Shown here piece by piece: positions 50,375 through 61,358 of a stretch of 64,000 nt of DNA. Where the stretch lies: positions 32,738,001 through 32,802,000 of the forward strand of contig OZ249440.1 in NCBI GenBank assembly GCA_965235115.1. The letters are read 5' to 3'. Origin of the DNA: Laetmonice hystrix. Its lineage: Eukaryota. The notes under the pieces are model-generated. The model saw only the letters and a program-made list of their open reading frames with translations, had not been told where the DNA came from and ran no database searches. Position numbers and translations under genes: made by a program. Every line of letters starts with the position of its first letter. Position 1 is the stretch's first letter.

Positions 50375-53350
50375 GCGCGTCCTTCACCTCCAGTATTTGT
50401 TATTCCAGTAGTCTTCCCTTTTTACGTTACCTTATGCTTACGTTACGATCCGTGTATCATTAAGTGTTGGCCTCTGTAGCTGTCTGGTGGGTACTAGTTT
50501 GGTACCGTACAAAGTGGTAGGTAAGTGCTCGGGGGCGGCTAGATAGACGACGCGTTGAAGGAGGTGGATGAAGTAAGCTTTAATTGGAATGTTGTCCGGT
50601 GCAGTGACGAGGCAGCTTTGTCGCCCGGTTCAGTGACGAGGAAGTTTGGATTGTTGCCCGGTTCGGTTATTTATTATTAAATATTTATAGTATGGTCCCA
50701 GGTGGTAGAATGGGATACCGTCACGTTTTTCCACCAGTTTCTCAGTCTATCACAATTTCCCAGGATAAGTAAGTATGGTGTAATGGAGTTTAATGGTGGG
50801 TGCTTCCTGTTTGGTCAAGCAGCTGGGTGTTATAACTTGTTAACCTGACGTTATGATGTTGACTCCAAGGATCTAAGGTCTTCTTCCGTATGTCTTATGA
50901 TTCAAAGCCTTGATATGCTTGTTGCAGGTACACCAGATGCCCCTAATCGGACTGGATGATGATGGGTTCCGCTATCCGTTCGTTTAGGCCAGGAGATGAT
51001 CTGTGCCTAATTTCGGTGATGCGTAGATTTGGCTCCTGGGGCGGTGTCAGCGGGTCGCGTTAGGAGTCTTTTCTCCTGCCTTCTTTGGTGGCTCCAGCTT
51101 CATCTTCGATTCCGCTTAGTGGCATTGTCTCCACCTAATAAGGCATTACTATACCTATATCTATGTATTTTGGACTATGTATTTCCATATAATGTATTAT
51201 CGGTTATGTATTATATTACTATAGTATTATGTTGTTACATATATCAGTTACACCTTATATAGATTTATCATTTACCATATTATAATGTTTGTAGAGTCCC
51301 CCATTGCATGGGGTGATCAACGGGTTACTATGTATGTGAATAAAATGTAACCTACAGCAAAGCATTCCCGTTCTCCGAGTTTGACTGCATAAATCCGAGC
51401 TCGGCGCCAAAGAGCCGGGATCATTTATGGAGGAGAAACGAGGGGTTTGCGTAGGTATATTAGTATAGGTACTCGCACATATGTATCTAGGACCCATGTC
51501 GTGTGCTCAGTATGTATTGTCGAGGTAATGTAAACAATAGCTGTACTCCCGTTAACCACCATCTTGGTTCTCGCCTCTCGCGCGGTCTGGGTCGGAAATG
51601 ACTAAGGCGACTTGGGAGACGATCCGGAGGGTATAAATACAACCGAGCAGAAGAGTCGAGTTCTCTACCTTTGGAAGCTTCGTGGAAATCAGACGGCCCA
51701 CCTCCGCCCCGACTCCTCCATGTTTCAACGCCTTTGCCTGGTTTAAATTATGTTTTTATGTAGACCTACTGGGTTTGGCTTGGGGTCAGCATGGCTGCCC
51801 GAGTTCTTTTCTCAGTTTGGTTGGATAGGGATGTATTTGGGTTCCTGGATGTTGTGGGCATTGTCTCCACCTAATAAGGCATTACTATACCTATATCTAT
51901 GTATTTTGGACTATGTATTTCCATATAATGTATTATCGGTTATGTATTATATTACTATAGTATTATGTTGTTACATATATCAGTTACACCTTATATAGAT
52001 TTATCATTTACCATATTATAATGTTTGTAGAGTCCCCCATTGCATGGGGTGATCAACGGGTTACTATGTATGTGAATAAAATGTAACCTACAGCAAAGCA
52101 TTCCCGTTCTCCGAGTTTGACTGCATAAAAATATTTTTCCTACGGCATCTGCAATAGTAATGTGTAGAACACGCCATAATAACACCACATTTGATATTAG
52201 TTGAACAATATTCGACCAATTACCACAACTTTAGGAGTTAAAGTTATCGCCTTTCAGTGTAACTCGCCAACAGCATCTGGGCGGGCCAGAAATGTGAAAT
52301 AGTCACTTTTCCTGATTACGCATGAATTCACCTAATTCCGTTAATATAGCTTCTTTGCCACCTAAAGAAATGATCTGTGGTGCTGTTCTCCTTGTTTAAT
52401 ATTACATGGGGCCAAAAAAACTTCAATTAAGCACCCTGTACCCCAGGCGCTTGTGCTGCCTCCTATCGGTTATCGGACGTGGTGGCCACTTTACTATAAT
52501 TGGTACATAAACTTTGCATTTCCTGGATTCATTTTCAGATATCGTCGTTCACAAAAACACTTTGTTTAAATGCACGTTTAGGCCTACGATGAGGATGCCA
52601 CGTGTATCTTTCCCTATGGATTGGTTTAATATGTTTAGGCCTATTATAACTGGCATTGTAGTGCATACATGTATATTATACGGTAATTAGATCATATACC
52701 TGCTATTAGGCCGGGTGTTAATATGTCAATAAAATATCTTTAAAACAGTCTCAAACAAACCGCTTGAGAATCTAGGTTATTATAATTATCATTGGAAGTT
52801 GTAATGCCGGAATCCCCATACCAATGTAGGCGTGCACATGTACAAAGATGTTATGAACAACTCTAGGCTGGAACAATTTGCCAGTGAAACTATAAGGTCA
52901 ATCGACACGTACCAGAAGTCTAAAGCTATGTAGAGAGAATATATGGATTATTGTAATAGGCCCTATTTATAATATAGTTCAAATAATTGTGAGCATATCA
53001 AGAGCCTGTTAATTTCTTCTCACAAGTATACTGTAATACGTTTGGACATACTTGCGTGACAATATAAAGTAAAAGTTTCTTGTGCCTAATTCCTATAATA
53101 ATAAATAAGAGTATGCAAAGTTATAATGATGCTTCTGGGGGTATGAAAACCGCTATAACTTTATGTAAAACCGATATCTGGAAGCTAGATCGGCCTGCAT
53201 GCTTTCCGGGCCGGCTTTCTGAACGACAAAAAAAAAATAGGCCTCACTCTCTTCGCATGAGAAAAAGAACACAATAGATATAAAGTAAGAGGCCATTTCA
53301 CTAGGTTGACGTTATTAGATTCTCTATACATGATTCTTAAGCATGTCCTT

Positions 53351-54748
53351 GTATTGACGTCTATCTGCCGTGAGTTCTAAAACGTCCAGCCAACGCCTGG
53401 GGATTAACGTCGGATAGACGTCGATTCTAGTACGTCCTGACAACCTCTGAGTTTTGACGTCTATCTGACGTGAATTCTTAGACGTCCAGCCGACGTCTGT
53501 GGATTGACGTCAGATAGACGTCGATTCTTAGACATCCTAGCAACGTCTGAGTATTGACGTCTATCTGACGTGAATTCTTAGACGTCCAGCCGACGTCTGT
53601 GGATTGACGTCAGATAGACATCGATTCTGGTACGTCCTGGCAACCTCTAAGTATTGACGTCTATCTGACGTCAATTCTTAGATGTCCTGTCAACGTCTGC
53701 GGATTGACGTCAGATAGCCGTCATTTCTTAGACGTCCTAGCAACGTCTGAGTATTGACGTCTATTTGACGTCAATTCACAGACGTCCAGTCGACGTCTGG
53801 GGATTGATGTCAGATAGACGTCGTTTCTCAGACGGCCTAGCAACGTATGGGTATTATCGTCTATCTGACGTCAAGTCTTAGACGTCCAACCGACGTTTGG
53901 GGGTTGACGTCAGATAGACGTTGTTTTTTAGACGTCCTGCCAACGTCTGGGTTTTGTCGTCTATCTGACGTGAATTCTTAGACGTCCAGCCGACGTCTGT
54001 GGATTGACGTCAGATAGACATCGATTATGGTACGTCCTGGCAACCTCTAAGTATTGACGTCTATCTGACGTCAATTCTTAGATGTCCTGTCAACGTCTGC
54101 GGATTGACGTCAGATAGCCGTCATTTCTTAGACGTCCTAGCAACGTCTGAGTATTGACGTCTATTTGACGTCAATTCACAGACGTCCAGTCGACGTCTGG
54201 GGATTGATGTCAGATAGACGTCGTTTCTTAGACGGCCTAGCAACGTATGGGTATTATCGTCTATCTGACGTCAAGTCTTAGACGTCCAACCGACGTCTGG
54301 GGGTTGACGTCAGATAGACGTTGTTTTTTTAGACGTCCTGCCAACGTCTGGGTTTTGTCGTCTATCTGACGTCAATTCTTAGACGTCCAGCCGACGTCTG
54401 CAGATTGACGTCTATCTGACGTAGATTCTTAGACGTCCTATCAATGTCTCAGTATTGACGTCTATCTGACGTCAATTCTTAGACATCCTGTCAACGTCTC
54501 AGTATTGACGTCTATCTGACGTCACTTCTTAGACGTCCTGTCAACGTCTCAGTATTGACGTCTATCTGACGTCAATTCTTAGACGTCCTGTCAACGTCTC
54601 AGTATTGACGTCTATCTGACGTCAATTCCTAGACGTCCTGTCAACGTCTCAGTATTGACGTCAGCCAGACGTTGCAAAGTGGTTGTCGACGTCGCAACTA
54701 AGATTCAACCAAAATATGACGTTGATTCGACGTCATGTGCCCACTGGG
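53351..54748. repeat. 50-bp GACGTC-rich array (about 26 units) ending in a CACTA/EnSpm-like terminus
   Basis: Period 50 (54451, 54501...); right end GTGCCCACTGGG at 54737-54748; no matching left terminus seen. Confidence 0.85.
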
Positions 54749-55576
54749 ATGGGGAAATATTCTGTCATTATCGCGTAAATGGGACAAATATTATAGGCCT
54801 ATACAATGTAATAGGCCTAGATCGATATTTATGCACGCCTTCAGCGCTTCTAAAGTGGGGCTTTGTCCGCCACATCGTCGACCGCCCCCCCCCCCCCCCC
54901 CAGTGAGAAATCCTGATGTGTGACCACTGGGTCAGTAAAATATGTCCTTCCTAAGTCCCGGTTGCGACAAACAAAATGGACGAAAATGAACTTAAAATGT
55001 ATAACTTCTTCATATACGATTATGGGCCTTATATGCATATCTGGAATCGAACCTATAGATCTAGACTCTATAGCAGACAACAAAAAACTGGGGTTTAAAA
55101 CACACTTATCGGCCCTATTACAAACTTCTTAAACTGACATATTATGAGCTTTGTAGCAATAAAACCAAAAATGAACTCAAAGCTCTATTCACATAGGCCC
55201 TTATTAACATATACCATTCACAATTACATTTCTAACTTGCAAGCCAAGGAAAGGCAACAATGATACCCCTACCCTATTCTGGGTGAGTGTGTCTTCCCTT
55301 GTTGGTGTCAAGCGGAACGTCTGGCATAGTCGCCGCGGTCGCGAGCATCACTTTCGGCTAACGCGGGAAGTGAGTTATGGCTCGCATGCGCGTCCTTTGA
55401 ACTTAGTGCTGTCTAGACACAACCGGCCCTTCTGGACTGGCCGGCCCTTTCAGACTGTGACACCGGGCCAACCCAGCCCCAGGTCCCGCTTACGACCCTG
55501 ACGCCCGACCCTTCAAGCGGGTGGCGGGACGTCCCGCCCGGCCCGCTCCTCCGCTCCCTAGACTCAGAGATGCTGA

Positions 55577-55739
55577 CCTGAACATGAAGGAACTCTCGTA
55601 GCTTCAGCTTCAACTTCTTTTCCTCTCCGGCACTTGTATGAATGAGTTGAAGCCTTCCTCTCTCGCCGCACACAAAACACTCAGCGACATTCCCTTTGAC
55701 TGGGGTATCAACATGTTCGTGGCGGGCCGCCATCGCCAT
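55577..55739 (-). other. Putative first coding exon with a CxxC motif (also at 62188-62350)
   Basis: MAMAARHEHVDTPVKGNVAECFVCGERGRLQLIHTSAGEEKKLKLKLREFLHVQ followed by a CAG|GTCAG donor, in a CpG-rich setting. Confidence 0.4.
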
Positions 55740-58700
55740 AGTTTTCGGAAGTCAAACGTGACATGCACAGAGACCTCTTCCGTCGGGAATTCCGTACAAA
55801 ATGGCGTCCAAAATGGTGCTACATTACAGTCCCACTCTGCACATAGCGAGTGGACTGTTTCCGGTCTACACAATGGACACTCTTTACGATCCTTTGTCGT
55901 TCACTAGTTTCGCGAATGATCAACAAGTCCTTCCCACCTGTAATGTAAAACCAAACATTCATTATCAATCAGAAACTGTCATTAAGTCTTGTATTTGTCA
56001 AAAGAAATAGACACCTGGATATATTTAATTTAACTTTTAAAAATTTCCCCCTGGATTTACGAGATTTCTAATGAGCCATACACATATATAATCATATGTA
56101 TGTATACACATAGCCCCATCCACACATACCCACAGTAACATATAAATATGCATCCATTCATGCATACAGACATTACACATATTTTTACTCGATGGTCATT
56201 TGGTCATTGTTATGAGTAAATCTGTGAAAATCGGCTGAAAACAATAATGAATAATAATGGGGGTGGGGGGTGGGGGGTGGGGACGTGGGCGACATTTTTA
56301 CATCTTGTCACAGTTACTACATCGGTGGACCTCATTGTTCGGCATCTAACAGTCAACACAAGGTTAAATTGTGGCCGCACGCGGCACTGTCCCGTTATGA
56401 CAGGTGTTGACCGCGACTTGCTGGCGACCGGGTGTCACGGTCCCGGGGTTCCTGTCAGTCCGAAAGTTCCTATATCCAATCAATGTCTATGTGACTATAC
56501 TATAATCCAATACACCAGGAGGGTAGGGGCCGCTGCAATCGGAGGTTCAACCTGCAGCAAGTTCATGACTTCCCCCAGTGTGGCTCTCTGGACGAGTAGT
56601 GCTAAGCGCTGAACACTTTTAAGCACCACAATATCTTTAGCGCCGTTGTATATGTTTCTGTGTTCTCCCCGACCTTGTACTGTTGGTGCTCCTCGGTGGA
56701 ATCCCGGTACAATACAGATTAACGTCTATCTGACGTTAAAATGATTCCATAACCTGACGTCAAACTAAGGTCAAGCTGTGGTCAGTGGTGAACAACAGTA
56801 TGGCGACATATGACTAATGTACGACGCCGATGTCAAAAGTCTGATATGCCCTTTCTGCTTCGGACGTTGTAGTGTCTTGTAGGCTCCAGTCAGAGATCTT
56901 CCGCAACACTGCATAGACAACTTCCTTTGGAGAGGAACCTTTACGTGGTGCCCTTCCTAGCGTTTCATCCTGTGAACATAACCATTGGGAAAATCCTATG
57001 AATAGCTGGTTAGATTATTATGTTCGTTTTTCTTTCCAAAAAGCATGGAACGTTCCTAAAAAATTGTTTCTAAAAATTTCATTTACGTCATAAATATCTG
57101 ATATTTGATTGGAAACAGTTTTAGAACACTTTAATATAAAAGCGTTTAATTCTTGACACATCAATTAAGAAGTTGCAAGGAACTCTCTGTTTCCAGGAGT
57201 TGACTGAATATTGCTAACCATTTTATCAAGCTCTTCTTGGTTTGAAAGACGTCCTGGAGATGAGATCCATCGGCCTGGAGAGGTTGGCATCTTTGGGCCT
57301 CTATTGATGACTCAACGTCTTCTGTTTTATTTGGGCCACCTTGGCATTGGCATATGAAAAATGAATAAACAGACAAACATTTTTAACAAACCGAAACGGG
57401 TAGTAATTCGCACAGCAGGGCTCAGAATGAATTGCAGGTCGAGTTTCTGATTTTGACAAAAATAGGTTTCTACGTATACCCTATCTAACTAATCCTTAAA
57501 GGAAATAGGTCTAAATCAAATCCAGCCAGAAAGTTTTGGCTAAATCAGTTTTGTGATGAGTCTGTCTTGGAATTGACCTCAGTAGATTATACATAAAATA
57601 CATGGTTGCTAAGGAAATTCTGCCTGTGATCCTATTACTTTTGACTTCACGCGTGGCATGATGTGCGGACATGTGTTTCCAAACGAACAGATCAAACATC
57701 AGGGTGACACAACCCCGACCTAGTCCCGGCCTTAAATCCTATACCTCCACACTCTAAGTAGGTTAATTTCGAATTTTATTGCCCAGCAACATGCCAGCCT
57801 CACCCTCTCAGTGGGAACTTAGGCATATGACCAACGCGTGTAGAATATACGACATAATATGCCTACATAGTACATGTATACTTCCATACACAAATCTACA
57901 TATTATGTAGACCTTGAAAGTCAAAAAGATTATTATAATAATTCCAAAATTGGAACATCCAATCAATCCTGCGTGTCAAAAGTAACATATTTTTTTTAGA
58001 AAGGTGAAAGAATTAAATGTTGTTTTAAATTTGCCATGGGACTCTAGATTTAAAAAAAAGGTGTGGGGAAGGGGTCCGCCATAAACGTAAAATATACAAT
58101 TTTTGTAAGACTACATCGGAGGCGGGGCTGTTGGAAGAATTATCTTAGAACAAAGGAATGCTTGATCTAAATTGGCGGGAAATAGCGACCGCTATATAGA
58201 TTTAGTTCACTTAGGGTTTCCTAAGTTTAATAAATAAAACATATCATTACATAGCACACTGCATGGCACATATTTTTTTCTAAAATAATGGCGTAGCCGA
58301 CTTACGTGTTTGTAGCCTGTATTGGAGAGACGTAGCATCTTGAATGCTGTCGAAGTCTGCACCCATCCAGGAGGGATTCGGTCAACTGAATTTCGCGCCA
58401 ACGAGTACGCGCTGACCTGGGACCACGACCTCCTGACCTCGGTCATTTCCCCGCTCCAGCAGGCGGTCGCTTGCATGATGCTGCGTGTAGAACGCTGCAC
58501 TCTATATATAGGAGGCTGTATACTACAGACTTTCCAACCTCTGGGGGGGGGGAGGTCTGGCTGGCAGCCTCATCAGGCACGTGTTTGATCTGGGGCTTTC
58601 TCTGCACGGTGTATTTTTTTGCAATCTGTGGGGCAGAGTCATTGTTTCAAAAAGGTAGGCCTACATAATGATGGCACAAAAGGCCAATAGCCATACATTC

Positions 58701-60360
58701 CAGAGAAATAAGAGTTCTAAAAGTCCCTGGAAATATTTATTCCTAACCTGACTTGCAAAATTCACCGCCACTGCATGATAGTTAAAGGAAATCTGTGGTT
58801 AGAACTAGGCCTACTCACCAGTGCAGAGAAATGTATAAAAAAACAGAAATGTGTGTGATAAGCATCTTCCCGCGTGTGAGCGTGTGAGGAGCCAGTCTCG
58901 GTAACGCCAGACTCTCAGAGAAGATAATCTAGATATATGCATTGTCTTACTATAAGGTCTGGCTATTGCAGTGTGTTAATTCGGGAAAGACTGAGGGATG
59001 TAACCACAAAAGTTCATAATAATCAATTTGCCTGCATACATAAGCAGTAGGCCTATTCACCTATAACATTATTAAAAGAGCTATAAATTAATGTTCAGAT
59101 TGTGGAGTCCCACTTTTTATTCAGAATTAATTAATTAAAAATATTTTTCCTACGGCATCTGCAATAGTAATGTGTAGAACACGCCATAATAACACCACAT
59201 TTGATATTAGTTGAACAATATTCGACCAATTACCGCAACTTTAGGAGTTAAAGTTATCGCCTTTCAGTGTAACTCGCCAACAGCATCTGGGCGGGCAAGA
59301 AATGTGAAATAGTCACTTTTCCTGATTACGCATGAATTCACCTAATTCCGTTAATATAGCTTCTTTGCCACCTAAAGAAATGATCTGTGGTGCTGTTCTC
59401 CTTGTTTAATATTACATGGGGCCAAAAAAACTTCAATTAAGCACCCTGTACCCCAGGCGCTTGTGCTGCCTCCTATCGGTTATCGGACGTGGTGGCCACT
59501 TTACTATAATTGGTACATAAACTTTGCATTTCCTGGATTCATTTTCAGATATCGTCGTTCACAAAAACACTTTGTTTAAATGCACGTTTAGGCCTACGAT
59601 GAGGATGCCACGTGTATCTTTCCCTATGGATTGGTTTAATATGTTTAGGCCTATTATAACTGGCATTGTAGTGCATACATGTATATTATACGGTAATTAG
59701 ATCATATACCTGCTATTAGGCCGGGTGTTAATATGTCAATAAAATATCTTTAAAACAGTCTCAAACAAACCGCTTGAGAATCTAGGTTATTATAATTATC
59801 ATTGGAAGTTGTAATGCCGGAATCCCCATACCAATGTAGGCGTGCACATGTACAAAGATGTTATGAACAACTCTAGGCTGGAACAATTTGCCAGTGAAAC
59901 TATAAGGTCAATCGACACGTACCAGAAGTCTAAAGCTATGTAGAGAGAATATATGGATTATTGTAATAGGCCCTATTTATAATATAGTTCAAATAATTGT
60001 GAGCATATCAAGAGCCTGTTAATTTCTTCTCACAAGTATACTGTAATACGTTTGGACATACTTGCGTGACAATATAAAGTAAAAGTTTCTTGTGCCTAAT
60101 TCCTATAATAATAAATAAGAGTATGCAAAGTTATAATGATGCTTCTGGGGGTATGAAAACCGCTATAACTTTATGTAAAACCGATATCTGGAAGCTAGAT
60201 CGGCCTGCATGCTTTCCGGGCCGGCTTTCTGAACGACAAAAAAAAAATAGGCCTCACTCTCTTCGCATGAGAAAAAGAACACAATAGATATAAAGTAAGA
60301 GGCCATTTCACTAGGTTGACGTTATTAGATTCTCTATACATGATTCTTAAGCATGTCCTT

Positions 60361-61358
60361 GTATTGACGTCTATCTGCCGTGAGTTCTAAAACGTCCAGC
60401 CAACGCCTGGGGATTAACGTCGGATAGACGTCGATTCTAGTACGTCCTGACAACCTCTGAGTTTTGACGTCTATCTGACGTGAATTCTTAGACGTCCAGC
60501 CGACGTCTGTGGATTGACGTCAGATAGACGTCGATTCTTAGACATCCTAGCAACGTCTGAGTATTGACGTCTATCTGACGTGAATTCTTAGACGTCCAGC
60601 CGACGTCTGTGGATTGACGTCAGATAGACATCGATTCTGGTACGTCCTGGCAACCTCTAAGTATTGACGTCTATCTGACGTCAATTCTTAGATGTCCTGT
60701 CAACGTCTGCGGATTGACGTCAGATAGCCGTCATTTCTTAGACGTCCTAGCAACGTCTGAGTATTGACGTCTATTTGACGTCAATTCACAGACGTCCAGT
60801 CGACGTCTGGGGATTGATGTCAGATAGACGTCGTTTCTCAGACGGCCTAGCAACGTATGGGTATTATCGTCTATCTGACGTCAAGTCTTAGACGTCCAAC
60901 CGACGTCTGGGGGTTGACGTCAGATAGACGTTGTTTTTTTAGACGTCCTGCCAACGTCTGGGTTTTGTCGTCTATCTGACGTCAATTCTTAGACGTCCAG
61001 CCGACGTCTGCAGATTGACGTCTATCTGACGTAGATTCTTAGACGTCCTATCAATGTCTCAGTATTGACGTCTATCTGACGTCAATTCTTAGACATCCTG
61101 TCAACGTCTCAGTATTGACGTCTATCTGACGTCACTTCTTAGACGTCCTGTCAACGTCTCAGTATTGACGTCTATCTGACGTCAATTCTTAGACGTCCTG
61201 TCAACGTCTCAGTATTGACGTCTATCTGACGTCAATTCCTAGACGTCCTGTCAACGTCTCAGTATTGACGTCAGCCAGACGTTGCAAAGTGGTTGTCGAC
61301 GTCGCAACTAAGATTCAACCAAAATATGACGTTGATTCGACGTCATGTGCCCACTGGG
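60361..61358. repeat. 50-bp GACGTC-rich array, second copy (about 18 units)
   Basis: Same as 53351-54748 but about 400 bp shorter. Confidence 0.85.

Larger units (their letters stand above)
46041..52125 (+). mobile_element. Non-autonomous split-direct-repeat element (Ngaro/PAT-like tyrosine-recombinase retroelement)
   Basis: A1 46041-46341 = A2 51394-51694; B1 51121-51389 = B2 51857-52125; B1 and A2 joined through TAAA; TAAA at both outer ends; absent from the next tandem copy (about 59136). Confidence 0.82.

Noticed and set aside
50780..50990. Possible tyrosine recombinase C-terminal relic (EFNGGCFLFGQAA, GTPDA)
   Set aside because: The position fits but the catalytic HSFR and GRW..Y residues are absent; too weak without a profile search.
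46134..52188. Short ORFs inside the split-repeat element
   Set aside because: All under 100 aa, compositionally biased, and without recognisable motifs.
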